Assembly: GCA_965223705.1 (NCBI GenBank)
Contig: OZ245015.1
Coordinates: 3,936,001-4,000,000, forward strand
Length of the DNA stretch: 64,000 nucleotides
Source: Myxococcota bacterium
GTDB lineage: Bacteria > Myxococcota_A > UBA9160 > UBA6930
Direction: 5' to 3'
The notes beneath the pieces were generated by a model, which did no database searches, had not been told where the DNA came from, and saw only the letters and a program-made list of their open reading frames with translations. Position 1 is the stretch's first letter, and each line of letters opens with the position of its first letter. A program made the position numbers and the translations under genes. Shown piece by piece: positions 20,244 to 30,783 of this stretch.

Positions 20244-20807
20244 ATGGCAGTCGACACTTCGAGTTTTCGGAACGGGCTCAAGATCGAGCTCGACGGCGAA
20301 CCCTTCACCATCACGTACTTCCAGCACGTGAAACCCGGCAAGGGCGGCGCTTTCGTACGCACGAAGGTGAAGAACCTGAAGACGGGGCGCGTCCTCGACC
20401 GGACGTTTCGCTCGGGCGAGAAAGTCGACGAGGCCGACGTCGAAGATCGCTCGATGCAGTACCTCTACCACGACGGCGACTCGTTCATCTTCATGGACAA
20501 CTCGAGCTACGACCAGGTCCCGTTCAGCAAAGATCAGATCGGAGACGCGGCGAAGTTCTTGAAAGAGAACCTCGAGGTCGACGTGCTCTTCTGGCGCGGC
20601 AATCCGATCAACATCGAGCTGCCCTCGTTTATCGAAGCCACCGTGACCCAGTGTGATCCCGGCGTGAAAGGCGACACGGCTTCGGGTGCTACCAAGCCGG
20701 CGACGATCGAAACCGGTGCGGTGGTTCAGGTGCCGCTCTTCATCAAAGAGGGCGAAGTGCTCCGCGTCGACACGCGAACCGGCGAATACGTGGAGCGGGT
20801 GAACTGA
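20244..20807 (+). CDS. efp: Elongation factor P
   Basis: FQHVKPGKGGAFVRTK, PGVKGDTA, VQVPLFI, VDTRTGEYVER. Confidence 0.96.
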   Translation: MAVDTSSFRNGLKIELDGEPFTITYFQHVKPGKGGAFVRTKVKNLKTGRVLDRTFRSGEKVDEADVEDRSMQYLYHDGDSFIFMDNSSYDQVPFSKDQIGDAAKFLKENLEVDVLFWRGNPINIELPSFIEATVTQCDPGVKGDTASGATKPATIETGAVVQVPLFIKEGEVLRVDTRTGEYVERVN

Positions 20808-21832
20808 GAGGCGACCAGCTCGCGCGTCAGTGGCAACTCATCCAACGCCTCGCGCGCAGCCAAGCGGGCGTGGGGCTCGACGAGCTCGCCGAAGATCTCG
20901 GTTGCGTGCGTCGCACCGTGTACCGCGACCTCGACGCGCTGATGTTCGCCGGCTTCCCGGTAGTGAGCGAAAAACGGGATTCCCGGGTCTTCTACCGCTT
21001 TCTGGATTCGTTCCGGCTCGGCGACATTCCGTTTACTGCCGACGAAGTCCTCGCGTTGGCCTTCGGCGAAGATCATTTGCGCGCCCTCGAAGGCACGGTG
21101 TTCCACGATTCCATCCGCCAGGCCCTGGCAAAAATCCGTGCGGGGCTGCGCCCCGAGCTCGCGGAGTTCCTCTCGAAGCTCGGGGGCAGCTTTCGCGTCA
21201 TGCCGGGCCCCCACAAGCGCTACGCCCGAAGCCGAGAAGTCATCCGGACGATCAACGACGCCGTCATCGCCGGACGCGGCGTCACCATGCGATACCGCAC
21301 CGCGAGAACCGGTGAGGTCGCCGATCGAGCGTTCGATCCCTACCGGATCTGGTACCGAAACGGCGGACTCTACGCGATCGGCCACGATCACCGCTCCGGA
21401 GAGATCCGGACGTTCGCGATCGACCGCATCGAGCGCGTCGCGCTCGAAGAGCGAACGTTCTCGGTACCTGAAGACTTCGACTTCGACGCGTACACCGAAG
21501 CCTCGTTCGGTGTGATGTCGGAACCGCCCGTCCGCGTGCGCATCCGATTCGAAAAGGAATGGGCCGTTCACGTCGAAGAGCGGGTCTGGCATCCGAGCCA
21601 ACAGCTCGAGGTGCTCTCCGACGGCCGCGTCGAGCTCGCGATGGAAGTGGGCGGCAGTCTCGAGCTCCGCAACTGGGTGCTCTCCTTCGGAGCCGGAGCC
21701 GAAGTGCTCGAGCCCAAGACCCTGCGCGAAGAAGTCGCCGCAGAACTCGAGCGCGCGGTTTCGCACTACCGGCCGAGCCCACTTCGTGCTGGTATTCCAG
21801 CCTCAACCCGGCAGACCGGGGCCCGGCCGTGA
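20804..21832 (+). CDS. HTH-WYL-WCX transcriptional regulator (YafY/PafBC-like); probable CTG start
   Basis: HTH ELAEDLGCVRRTVYRDL, WYL region DPYRIWY...LYAIG...IRTFAIDRI, WVLSFG; frame stays open upstream of GTG 20870 as RGDQLARQWQLIQRL. Confidence 0.88.
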   Translation: MRGDQLARQWQLIQRLARSQAGVGLDELAEDLGCVRRTVYRDLDALMFAGFPVVSEKRDSRVFYRFLDSFRLGDIPFTADEVLALAFGEDHLRALEGTVFHDSIRQALAKIRAGLRPELAEFLSKLGGSFRVMPGPHKRYARSREVIRTINDAVIAGRGVTMRYRTARTGEVADRAFDPYRIWYRNGGLYAIGHDHRSGEIRTFAIDRIERVALEERTFSVPEDFDFDAYTEASFGVMSEPPVRVRIRFEKEWAVHVEERVWHPSQQLEVLSDGRVELAMEVGGSLELRNWVLSFGAGAEVLEPKTLREEVAAELERAVSHYRPSPLRAGIPASTRQTGARP

Positions 21833-21868
21833 TAGGTGAGGGCGCCCAGTCGTAGCGGGTGAGGCTGT

Positions 21869-23326
21869 CTAGGGCGTCACGACGTCAACTGGCCCCAGAT
21901 CCGACAGCTGCGGCGCGAGTTCGTCGGCCGGGCCGACGACCACTACCGCGACGCGTTCGGGATGAATCAATGTGTCGGCGATCTTCGCGGTATCGGACTC
22001 GGATACGTCGCGTACCCGCGTGCGGTAGGTATCGAGTGAATCGTCGGGCAAGCCGGAAACCGAAAGATCGACGAGGGACGATGTGACCGCACTCGGCGTC
22101 TCGAGGCCCAGCGCGAAGCGCCCGGTCGAGAGCGTCTTCGCGTCGCGGAGCTCATCGCCCGCGGGCGGCGAGCTCTGCAAGGTCCGAAGCTCTTCGAGAA
22201 TCATGTCGACTACCCGCCGGGTTTCGGGCACGCGCGTAAACGTCGACACGACAAAGGGACCGGGGTGTCGCCGCAAGGTGAAGTAGGAAGAGACTCCGTA
22301 GGTAAGCCCGGCTTCGGCGCGGATCTTTTGCATGAGGCGTGACGAAAAACCGGAGCCGCCGAGGGTCAGGTTCGTCAACGAAGCCGCGATGCGCCGCGGA
22401 TCGGTGCGGGCGATCCCCTCGTGCCCGACCAGGATCTGCGTCTGGCCGAGATCCGGTTTGTCGACGATGACGACGCGCGACGTGTCCGGGGCGAACTCGG
22501 GCGGAGCCGGCGGCGGCGGAGCGGGCTCGCGATCTTCCCATCCGCCGAAGAGGCTGCGCGCGCTCTCGACGAGAGCTTCGACGTCGATGTTGCCCGAGGC
22601 GAAGAACACCGCGTCCCGCGGCACGAAGATCTTGCGATGGAAAGCCCGCGCGGCCTTGGCGTCGAGCGCGCGAACCGTTTCGCTCGTCCCCGATACCGGA
22701 ATCCCGTACCGATGCTCCGGGTAGAGGGCCCGTGCAAACGCCCGACTCCCGAGCGTGCGCGGTTGGTCTTGTTCTTGTTCGAGCGCCGCGAGCTGTTCCG
22801 CGCGAACGCGCTCCGCTTCGTCCCTCGGCAACCGCGGATCGAGGACGAGGTCACGCAATACTTCGAGGAGCGTCGTCAGATCCCCGGACAGACCGCTGAC
22901 ACTCGCAGTCGTCGTGTCCCAACCCGAGCCGACTCCGAAGCTCGCTCCGAGCGCATCCATGGTCTCCGCGAGGTCGAGGGCGTTTCGCGCGCCGGCGCCG
23001 CGTTCCATGAGCTCGGCGGTGAACGCGGCCAAGCCGGCCTCGGTGAGACTTTCGGCCGATGCGCCCTGGGCCACCGTGATGCCCAAGCTGACGTAGGGAA
23101 GCCTCCGATCGGTGAGCAGGATGAGACGCAACCCGTTGTCGAGGGTCCCGCGATAGAGCTTGCCGGGGTCGACCACGACGCCGTCGGGAACCGAGGGCGC
23201 CGGTCGTTGCCACGCCGGGAGCACCACGACTCGCGGGGCGGGCTCGGCCGGGGGGGCGGGTTCCCGATTCGAAGCGCACGCCGCGAGCCCGAGGAGGAGC
23301 ACCAGTAGCGCCGGACGCCGGATCAC
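21869..23326 (-). CDS. M16 (pitrilysin) peptidase, non-catalytic subunit, lipoprotein
   Basis: Lipobox LAAC, LDNGL, GLAAFTAELM (no HxxEH), GFSSRL..IR...GLTY. Confidence 0.85.
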   Translation of the reverse strand: MIRRPALLVLLLGLAACASNREPAPPAEPAPRVVVLPAWQRPAPSVPDGVVVDPGKLYRGTLDNGLRLILLTDRRLPYVSLGITVAQGASAESLTEAGLAAFTAELMERGAGARNALDLAETMDALGASFGVGSGWDTTTASVSGLSGDLTTLLEVLRDLVLDPRLPRDEAERVRAEQLAALEQEQDQPRTLGSRAFARALYPEHRYGIPVSGTSETVRALDAKAARAFHRKIFVPRDAVFFASGNIDVEALVESARSLFGGWEDREPAPPPPAPPEFAPDTSRVVIVDKPDLGQTQILVGHEGIARTDPRRIAASLTNLTLGGSGFSSRLMQKIRAEAGLTYGVSSYFTLRRHPGPFVVSTFTRVPETRRVVDMILEELRTLQSSPPAGDELRDAKTLSTGRFALGLETPSAVTSSLVDLSVSGLPDDSLDTYRTRVRDVSESDTAKIADTLIHPERVAVVVVGPADELAPQLSDLGPVDVVTP

Positions 23327-24762
23327 GGTCGACCTCCTTCATGGGCAGTCCGCATCGCCACGGAATCTTCCGGCGGAGACAGGACGTAGACGACATTGCG
23401 TTTGTGCGGCGTCAGATACGTCGCAACGACGCGCGTCACGTCCTCCGCTGTGACGTCGCGAATCGAAGACAAGCGCTCGGACAAGGGTCGCACGCGGCCG
23501 AAAGCGACGGTGTCGGACCCGAGCCTCGAAGCCTGGGAGTGGCTCGTCGCGAGATCACCCAACAACGAGACCTCGAGCTTGCGCTTGGCTTTTCCGAGCT
23601 CTTCCTCGCTCACGCCTTCGCGACCGAGTCGCTCGATCTCTTGGAAGAACGCGGCTTCGACGTCTTCGATCTCCGTTCCGGGGCGAACCCCGGAAAAGCC
23701 ATAGACCACGCCGCCGCGAGACAACTCCCAGTAGTACGCCGATGCGGAAAGCGCGAGCGCGTCGCTGTACACCAGCCGGCGATACAACCGACTGCTTCGG
23801 CCGCTCGAGAGCACGGTGCTCGCGACGTCGAGTGCGGCCGCGTCTTCGTGTCCCGTGGCCGGAGCCTGCCAGGCGACGGCGAAGACCGGACTCGCGACCG
23901 GGAAGTGAACGACCGCTCGGCGCTCGCCACTCTGCTCGGGCTCGCGGGTCGGGTTCCGCACCGGCGGTTCGCGTCGGGCGAGCGGCCCGAATTGTTCGCG
24001 CACCAGGCGAAGCGTTTCCTCTTCGTCGAAGTCACCGGCGATCGCGACGACCAAGTTGTTGGCGGCGTAGTTCCGGTCGAAGAACTCCTGGCAAGCACGC
24101 ACGGTCACTTCTTCGACGTCGGATCGCCAACCGATCGTCGGGTGCCGATAGGGATGTGCTTGAAATGCCAGTGCGAAGAGCGCCTCGAAGGCACGGCCCT
24201 GGGGACTGTCCTCGGTGCGGAGGCGACGCTCCTCGAGGACGACTTGGCGTTCGCTCGCGAGGCTCTCCTCGGAAATGTCGAGGTTGCGGAGCCGCTCCGC
24301 TTCGAGTTCGATGACCAGGGGCAAATGCTCTCGGGAGATGTCCGCGAAATAGACCGTCACGTCGCGCGAGGTGTAGGCGTTGACCCGTCCGCCGCGCGCT
24401 TCGATGAATTTCGAGTGCGCTTCCGGAGGCAGGTTCTTCGAGCCGCGAAACATCATGTGCTCGAACAGGTGGGCGATCCCGGTGTATTTCGCCTCGTCGC
24501 CGGAGCCGGCGCGGACCCAGACCTGAAACGAGACCACCGGTGTGGACTCGTCGACCAGGGTCAAGACCGTGAGCCCGTTCGGAAGCGTGGTGACCCGCGC
24601 GCGCTCCGCCGGATCTTCGATCCCGTCCGCTACGGCGAGAGCCTGCGATGCCAAGAGCAGCGCGAGGACGACCGCCACCACTCCTCGGGTGCGGGCTTTT
24701 CGATACCCTGGCGTGACGGGGCCTCGGGGCGGCGCGGGACCTCTCTGTGTGATCGACGGCAT
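23323..24762 (-). CDS. M16 zinc peptidase, catalytic subunit
   Basis: LPNGL, GIAHLFEHMMF (HxxEH), NAYTSRDVTVY, VLEERR, HPYRHPTIGW; start uncertain. Confidence 0.9.
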   Translation of the reverse strand: MPSITQRGPAPPRGPVTPGYRKARTRGVVAVVLALLLASQALAVADGIEDPAERARVTTLPNGLTVLTLVDESTPVVSFQVWVRAGSGDEAKYTGIAHLFEHMMFRGSKNLPPEAHSKFIEARGGRVNAYTSRDVTVYFADISREHLPLVIELEAERLRNLDISEESLASERQVVLEERRLRTEDSPQGRAFEALFALAFQAHPYRHPTIGWRSDVEEVTVRACQEFFDRNYAANNLVVAIAGDFDEEETLRLVREQFGPLARREPPVRNPTREPEQSGERRAVVHFPVASPVFAVAWQAPATGHEDAAALDVASTVLSSGRSSRLYRRLVYSDALALSASAYYWELSRGGVVYGFSGVRPGTEIEDVEAAFFQEIERLGREGVSEEELGKAKRKLEVSLLGDLATSHSQASRLGSDTVAFGRVRPLSERLSSIRDVTAEDVTRVVATYLTPHKRNVVYVLSPPEDSVAMRTAHEGGRP

Positions 24763-24848
24763 GCAGGTGTTCCTTCCCACGCTCGTGGCTCGGCCCAACA
24801 GATGCCGCTGCCGCGAGAAGAGTTCCGAGGAGAAAATCGGCTCGAACT

Positions 24849-25448
24849 ATGACGACCCTCGAAGTCCCCGTCCATTTCGACTTCGCTTCCTCGATTTGTT
24901 TCGTCGCCCATCGCGTCGCGGGCCGGCTGGCGCCCCGTCTGGCCGAGCTCGAGATCGCCTTGCGCTGGACCCCGGTGGACCTGACGAGCATCACGGCCGT
25001 ACGGCGCGGGGCCGCGCCTGCGGCCGCTGGAATCGCAAATGCCGAGCGCGTCGCGCGAGAGCTCGAGGTGCCCCTCGTCATGCCGCCGCAGTGGATCGAT
25101 TCGCGGCTGGCGAACGGCGCCGCCATCCTCGCCGAGGATGACACCCGCGCCGACGGACTGCGGGAAGAGATTTTTTCGAGCCATTTCGAGCGGGGAGAGA
25201 TTCTCGACCGCGGCGACCTTCTCGCGAAGCGGTTGAAAGAGCGGGGGCTCGCCTTCGACCCCGAAGAGTGGGACGAGGCCCTTCAGGAACTCACGCGACG
25301 GACCGAATGCGCGCGCGAGCAGCTCGTCTCGGGCGTTCCGACCTTCATGCTGGGTGATTGGCCCTTCGGCGGTATTCAGGACGAGCGCACCATGGCGCTC
25401 GTGTTCGAACGCTTCGCGAGCCGCGCCCGCCGCGGAGAACTGCATTAA
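24849..25448 (+). CDS. DsbA-like / HCCA isomerase family thioredoxin-fold protein
   Basis: HFDFASSICF and VSGVPTF motifs. Confidence 0.7.
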   Translation: MTTLEVPVHFDFASSICFVAHRVAGRLAPRLAELEIALRWTPVDLTSITAVRRGAAPAAAGIANAERVARELEVPLVMPPQWIDSRLANGAAILAEDDTRADGLREEIFSSHFERGEILDRGDLLAKRLKERGLAFDPEEWDEALQELTRRTECAREQLVSGVPTFMLGDWPFGGIQDERTMALVFERFASRARRGELH

Positions 25449-25457
25449 GGTAGACCG

Positions 25458-25790
25458 ATGTCCCGACGCGACCGCCTCGTGTATTCGAGCGATGGATCCC
25501 ACCTGCCCCGACCGCGCGAAGCGGAAGACAAGAAGACCGCGCCCGCAGGGCCTGGCGCGGTACGGGTTTCGCGCGAAAAAAAGGGTCGGCGCGGGAAGAC
25601 CGTCACCGTCGTTACCGGGTTGCCCCTCGGTAGCGAAGCGCTTCGCGAACTCGCCGGAGACTTGAAGCGCGCGTGCGGAAGCGGTGGCGCGGCGAAAGAC
25701 GGGAACGTCGAAATCCAAGGCGACCACGTCGACCGCGTGCTCGCCGCCCTGAAGGAGCTCGGTTACTCCGCCAAGCGCTCGGGCGGTTGA
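25458..25790 (+). CDS. yciH: SUI1/YciH translation initiation factor-like protein
   Basis: LVYSSD, KKGRRGKTVT, LKRACGSGG, IEIQGD-like VEIQGDH. Confidence 0.9.
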   Translation: MSRRDRLVYSSDGSHLPRPREAEDKKTAPAGPGAVRVSREKKGRRGKTVTVVTGLPLGSEALRELAGDLKRACGSGGAAKDGNVEIQGDHVDRVLAALKELGYSAKRSGG

Positions 25791-26557
25791 CGCCGTTGGC
25801 GAAAGGCGATGGCCAAGTTCCGTTTCGGTCGCGACCAGTCCGGTCGCTCCGCCGCCGCGCGCTCGAGTTGTTGGATCGCTTCGTCGCGACGTCCCGCGGC
25901 ATACAACGCGACGGCGTAGCGGTTGCGAGCCTCCGCATCGTCCGGGGACGCCCGCAACTTCGCCTCGAGCACCGCGAGCGTTGCCACCCGCGTCGGCGCG
26001 GCGAACGCCTCGTCCCACGTTTCGTACCGCAGAGGGCCGTATCGGAACTCACCCTTGCGACGCGGCCGGAAAAAACGGTCGCCGACGGTTCGCATCGCTT
26101 CGTGATCCGAGGCTTCGACCAAGTCGCTCCCGGCCTCACAAGACGCTTCGAACGGTGTGAGGCTGAAAGCGCGGAGTCCTTCTCGGTCCGCGTAGATCCA
26201 AGACGAGGGGCGACCCGCTGCGCCGCAGTGCTGTTCGAACGAAACGATCGCATCGGCCTCAGGGTCGCCGTCGAGATGGCGCCGCAAGGCGCTTAGGTCG
26301 GTGCTCGGCGCGAGCGGCCCGCGGCCGGCGACCCATTCGCTCGCGACGGGCAAAAAACCGGCCTCCGGGTGAAAGACGACGGCCAGGGTCCGTTCGAGCG
26401 AATCGCCGAGGACGGGTTCGAGCAGATCCGCCGGATCACTTCCCGGGTGCCGTTCGAGATAGGTGTCGAAGGGATTCGCGGCCGTCCGACCGCCGCAGAG
26501 AACGAGCAGCACCAAGATCAGGAAGCCCGCGCGATGATCGAGATGTGCACGAGGCAT
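25763..26557 (-). CDS. Secreted hypothetical protein with C-terminal TPR
   Basis: Hydrophobic N-terminus; PDDAEARNRYAVALYAAGRRDEAIQQLERA TPR pattern. Confidence 0.65.
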   Translation of the reverse strand: MPRAHLDHRAGFLILVLLVLCGGRTAANPFDTYLERHPGSDPADLLEPVLGDSLERTLAVVFHPEAGFLPVASEWVAGRGPLAPSTDLSALRRHLDGDPEADAIVSFEQHCGAAGRPSSWIYADREGLRAFSLTPFEASCEAGSDLVEASDHEAMRTVGDRFFRPRRKGEFRYGPLRYETWDEAFAAPTRVATLAVLEAKLRASPDDAEARNRYAVALYAAGRRDEAIQQLERAAAERPDWSRPKRNLAIAFRQRRQPPERLAE

Positions 26558-26846
26558 GGCGCGAAATGCTGACGCCCGACCGCGCGCGGTTCCACCCCAC
26601 ACTCGGCTTTATGCCGCATTGCGTCGACGCGGTGCGGTAAGCACGGCTTGCAGAAGTGGCGAAAAACGACGCGAGTTCCCTCGGTTGTGCTGCCCCGCTG
26701 CCCCATCTTCGCTAGCTTGGCAGTTCACGTTGCAGCGCGTCGAGAACCTGTTCCGCACCCGCTTACGAGAGATGGGGTCGCGTCGAGCCCGCGCGCAACG
26801 CAACCGGGCGCCTACGAGAGGCGCAAGCGCGAGAAAGGGGAAATCA

Positions 26847-28130
26847 ATGAGCCAGAAAGCAGAACTCCACTACGACGGCAAAGTCATCGAGCTTCCGATC
26901 ATCGAGGGCTCGGAAGGCGAACGCGCCATCGATTGCGGCGACCTCCGGAGCAAGACCGGCTTGATCACCATGGACCCGGGTTACGGCAACACGGGCTCCT
27001 GCGAAAGCAAGATCACCTTCATCGACGGCGAGAAGGGCATTTTGCGCTACCGCGGTTACACCCTCGAAGACCTCGCCGAGCACAGCTCGTTCCTCGAAGT
27101 GAGCTACTTGCTGATCCACGGAGAGCTGCCGTCCCAGGAAGAGCTGCAGACCTTCACGGAATCCATCCGCTACCACACGATGGTCCACGAAGACTTCAAG
27201 CGCTTCTTCAGTGCGCTTCCGAAAGACGCACACCCCATGGCAGCGTGTGCCGCGGCGGTCGGCGCGCTCGCCACGTTCTATCCCGATTCTCTCGAGCCCC
27301 GCGACCCGCGCCAGGTCGAGATTTCCGTGCACCGGCTCATCGCGAAGCTCCCGACGATCGCTTCCTACGCGTACAAGCACTCGATCGGGCAGCCGTTCAT
27401 GTACCCGGACAATCGAAGGTCCTACGTCGGCAACTTCCTGCACCTGATGTTCGCGACCCCGTGCGAGGAGTACGAAGTCGACCCGGTGATCCGCAAAGCG
27501 GTGGATCTGCTCCTCATCCTCCACGCCGACCACGAACAGAACTGCTCCACCAGCACCGTGCGCTTGGTCGGTTCGTCGATGGTCAACCTGTTTGGCGCCA
27601 TCTCGGCGGGCATCAACGCGCTTTGGGGTCCCCGCCACGGCGGCGCGAACCAGGAAGTGATCGAGATGCTCGAATCGATCGCCGAAGAAGGCCTCTCGGG
27701 TAAGGAATTCGTCGAGCGTGCAAAGTCGAGCGACGACACCAGTCGCCTGATGGGCTTCGGGCACCGCGTCTACAAGAACTACGATCCGCGCGCGAAGGTC
27801 CTGCGCAAATCCGCTCACGACGTGTTGTCGCGTCTGGGCGTGCAGAGCAAACTGCTCGAGATCGCGATGGAGCTCGAAGAACTCGCTCTGAAAGACGACT
27901 ACTTCGTCGAGCGCAAGCTCTACCCGAACGTCGATTTCTATTCCGGCGTGATCTACAAGGCGATCGGCACGCCGGTGAACATGTTCACCGCGATGTTCGC
28001 GCTCGGTCGGCTTCCGGGCTGGATCTCGCAGTGGCTCGAGATGCACGACGACAAGCAGCGCATCGGGCGCCCGCGCCAGATCTACACGGGAGCCAACGAG
28101 CGTCGCTACGTGCCGCTCGACGAGCGGTAG
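26847..28130 (+). CDS. gltA: Citrate synthase (type II)
   Basis: DPGYGNTGSCES, LHADHEQNCST, LWGPRHGGAN, LMGFGHRVYK, YPNVDFYSG. Confidence 0.97.
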   Translation: MSQKAELHYDGKVIELPIIEGSEGERAIDCGDLRSKTGLITMDPGYGNTGSCESKITFIDGEKGILRYRGYTLEDLAEHSSFLEVSYLLIHGELPSQEELQTFTESIRYHTMVHEDFKRFFSALPKDAHPMAACAAAVGALATFYPDSLEPRDPRQVEISVHRLIAKLPTIASYAYKHSIGQPFMYPDNRRSYVGNFLHLMFATPCEEYEVDPVIRKAVDLLLILHADHEQNCSTSTVRLVGSSMVNLFGAISAGINALWGPRHGGANQEVIEMLESIAEEGLSGKEFVERAKSSDDTSRLMGFGHRVYKNYDPRAKVLRKSAHDVLSRLGVQSKLLEIAMELEELALKDDYFVERKLYPNVDFYSGVIYKAIGTPVNMFTAMFALGRLPGWISQWLEMHDDKQRIGRPRQIYTGANERRYVPLDER

Positions 28131-28930
28131 TGCGAGAAGGCCCGGAGCGGCCTCTCGGGTCGGCCGCCGATTTCTGGTGGCTCGACGGCCGGGTCGTCGC
28201 CGAGCTTCCGCCACTCCGGGCGGGCTGCTACACGACCGGGCGCTACACCAGCGGACAGATTCGACACGCGGAGTCCCTCGCCGACGCACTCGTTCGCGAC
28301 GCACACGATTTGGTGGGCGGCGAGCTCGACCGCGGTACGTGCCTCGACGCACTACGACAGATCGGTGAGAAGTGCTTTGGGGAGAGTGGTGGCGTGGTCC
28401 GGCTCGACGTCGCGCTCGGGGTTGACGGCATCCTCCATCTCGTCGGTCGCGGACGCCCCTTGGGACCCGAAACGAACGCGTGGCGGGCCGTCCTCCACAG
28501 CGAAATTCACCCCGGTCCCCGCCCTCCCCTCGGTGTGAAGCGCGCCCGCGACACCGTGCTTCTCGAGGCGTCGGAACGCGCGGAGCGCTTCGGCGTCGAA
28601 GAAGCGCTTCTGATCGGTCCGGGGGGAGACGTCGTTGAAGGGGCCCTTACCAACGTGTTCGTGCGCACCGGGGAGGGTCACTTCTTGACTCCGCCGATCG
28701 AGGCCGGGGCGGTCCGCGGCGTGGCTCGCGAACTGCTCCTCCAAAGCTTCCCCGACATACGGGAGGCACCCGTCCGCGTGAGTCAACTGCGAGCTGCACG
28801 GGAAGTCATCGTCACCGATGCGGTTCACGGCGCGATCGCGGTCATTCGCGTCGATGGCGCGTTCGTGGGCAACGGACAACCGGGCCCCGGAGCGAAACGA
28901 ATGGCGGCCCTGCTCGACGCGCACGCCTGA
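28130..28930 (+). CDS. Aminotransferase class IV (PabC/IlvE-like, divergent)
   Basis: GCYTT, GVK, EEALL...VVEGALTNVF, TPP...VRGVAR. Confidence 0.75.
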   Translation: MREGPERPLGSAADFWWLDGRVVAELPPLRAGCYTTGRYTSGQIRHAESLADALVRDAHDLVGGELDRGTCLDALRQIGEKCFGESGGVVRLDVALGVDGILHLVGRGRPLGPETNAWRAVLHSEIHPGPRPPLGVKRARDTVLLEASERAERFGVEEALLIGPGGDVVEGALTNVFVRTGEGHFLTPPIEAGAVRGVARELLLQSFPDIREAPVRVSQLRAAREVIVTDAVHGAIAVIRVDGAFVGNGQPGPGAKRMAALLDAHA

Positions 28931-29008
28931 CCCCATACGGCGCCCAGGGGATACGCGGCGTCGTCATGCGGTAAGCTGCGGTTCCTTTTTCAATCGATCG
29001 GAGCGGAT

Positions 29009-29773
29009 ATGGATATTTCGGGCAAGGGAGTGGTCATCACTGGGGGCGCCTCGGGCTTGGGCGAGGCGACGGCTCGGGCACTGGCTTCCCAAGGAGCGCG
29101 CGTCGGGATCCTCGACCTGCCCCAGTCGAACGGCGAGAGCGTCGCGAAGGAGCTCGACGGACGCTTCGTCGCAGCCGACGTCACCGACGAAGCCCAGGTC
29201 GGCGCGGCCATCGACGAGGCGGTCGGCGCCTTCGGCGGCGTCCACGTCGCGGTGAACTGCGCCGGCGTCGGAACGCCGGGGAAGACCATCGATCGCGACG
29301 GCAACCCGCTCGAGCTGCGATTCTTCCGGAAAGTCGTCGAAATCAATCTCATCGGAACCTTCAATGTCATCCGCCTCGCTGCCGCCGCGATGGTCAAGAA
29401 CGAGCCCGACGGTGAAGGCGAGCGCGGGGTGCTGATCAACACCGCGTCGGTCGCCGCCTTCGAAGGACAGATCGGTCAGGCGGCTTATTCCGCGTCGAAG
29501 GGAGGTGTCGTCGGCATGACCCTGCCGGTGGCGCGGGATCTTTCCCGCGACGGCATTCGCTGCGTCACGATCGCACCCGGCCTCTTTCTCACGCCGATGT
29601 TGATGGGTCTCCCGGAACCCGCGCGGGAATCCCTGGGCAACCAGGTGCCCTTCCCCTCGCGGCTCGGCAATCCTTCCGAATACGCGTCGCTCGCGTGCCA
29701 CATCGTTTCGAATCCCATGTTGAACGGCGAGACGATCCGGCTCGACGGAGCGATTCGGATGGCACCCCGCTAG
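29009..29773 (+). CDS. SDR 3-hydroxyacyl-CoA dehydrogenase (HSD10 type)
   Basis: [50 protein letters not shown]. Confidence 0.92.
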   Translation: MDISGKGVVITGGASGLGEATARALASQGARVGILDLPQSNGESVAKELDGRFVAADVTDEAQVGAAIDEAVGAFGGVHVAVNCAGVGTPGKTIDRDGNPLELRFFRKVVEINLIGTFNVIRLAAAAMVKNEPDGEGERGVLINTASVAAFEGQIGQAAYSASKGGVVGMTLPVARDLSRDGIRCVTIAPGLFLTPMLMGLPEPARESLGNQVPFPSRLGNPSEYASLACHIVSNPMLNGETIRLDGAIRMAPR

Positions 29774-29781
29774 GCGCTTCG

Positions 29782-30783
29782 ATGAGCGATCTCGGCAAGC
29801 TCGCGATCACGCTGCCGGCGCCGCACCTGGGCGTCGCGGAATCCCTCGAGGTCGCCCGGCGCGCCGAGGAAGAGTGGGGCTACGACGGGATCTGGCTCGC
29901 CGAAACCAGCGGACCGGACTCGTTTTCCCTGGCCGCAGCGTTGGCAACCGTCACCTCGCGGATCGAGATCGGGACGGCCATCGTGCCCGTCTACAACCGC
30001 ACGCCCGCCGTGTTGGCGATGTCCGCAGCGACGGTGGCTGCGCTATCGGAAGGCCGCTTCGTGCTCGGTGTCGGCACGTCGAGCCACGCGATCATGGACG
30101 CTTGGAATGGCGTCCCGCTGGAACGCCCGCTCGCGGCGATGCGGGACGCCATCGCGATCTGCCGACAGGCGTTGTCCGGCGAACGCACGGACTACGACGG
30201 CGAAATGTTCCGCTCGAAGGGTTTCCGCGTGACGCCGACGCCTCCGAGCCCGGTCCCGATCTATGTGGCCGCGCTGCGCGAACGAATGCTTCGGCTTGCC
30301 GGAGAACTCGGCGACGGCGTCATCGTCAATTTGTTTCCCCGCGCGGCGCTTCCGCAAATCCTCCGCGCGTTCCGAGCGGGCCGCGCCGCCGGCGGCCGCG
30401 CGGGCGATGCGCCTGTCGTATGCCGCCATCAGGTCGGGATAACAGACGATGTGGGCGAAGCGCGCGCCCGTGTGCGCGGGAGCTTTGCCGGCTATTTCGC
30501 CACGCCGGTCTACAACCGTTTCCTGCAATGGTGTGGATACGAAGACGAGATGAAACGTATCGCGGACGGGTTTGCGGCGCGCGACCGCGATGCGGTCAGC
30601 GCCGCGATGCACGACGCGTTCATCGACGAGATCGCGATCCTGGGCGACCGCGATTCCTGTCACGAAAAACTCGCGGCGTTCGTGCGAGACGGCGTGACCA
30701 CGACGGTGCTGTCCCCCGTCAGTCGCAACCGCGAAGAGACCCTCGCACTCTACGAAGCCTTCGCCCCGGCGGCGCGTCGATGA
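29782..30783 (+). CDS. Luciferase-like (LLM) oxidoreductase, possibly F420-dependent
   Basis: GIWLAE, IGTAIVPVYNRTP, GRFVLGVGTSS, PIYVAAL, LAGELGDG. Confidence 0.85.
   Translation: MSDLGKLAITLPAPHLGVAESLEVARRAEEEWGYDGIWLAETSGPDSFSLAAALATVTSRIEIGTAIVPVYNRTPAVLAMSAATVAALSEGRFVLGVGTSSHAIMDAWNGVPLERPLAAMRDAIAICRQALSGERTDYDGEMFRSKGFRVTPTPPSPVPIYVAALRERMLRLAGELGDGVIVNLFPRAALPQILRAFRAGRAAGGRAGDAPVVCRHQVGITDDVGEARARVRGSFAGYFATPVYNRFLQWCGYEDEMKRIADGFAARDRDAVSAAMHDAFIDEIAILGDRDSCHEKLAAFVRDGVTTTVLSPVSRNREETLALYEAFAPAARR

Noticed and set aside
20804..21832. WYL gene as marker of a defence island
   Set aside because: Neighbours are efp, etfAB and M16 peptidases; no defence genes recognised
29874..30779. 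N-terminal extension of the TIGR01777 ORF
   Set aside because: Off-frame overlap with the LLM gene; the ATGA overlap at 30780 gives the natural start
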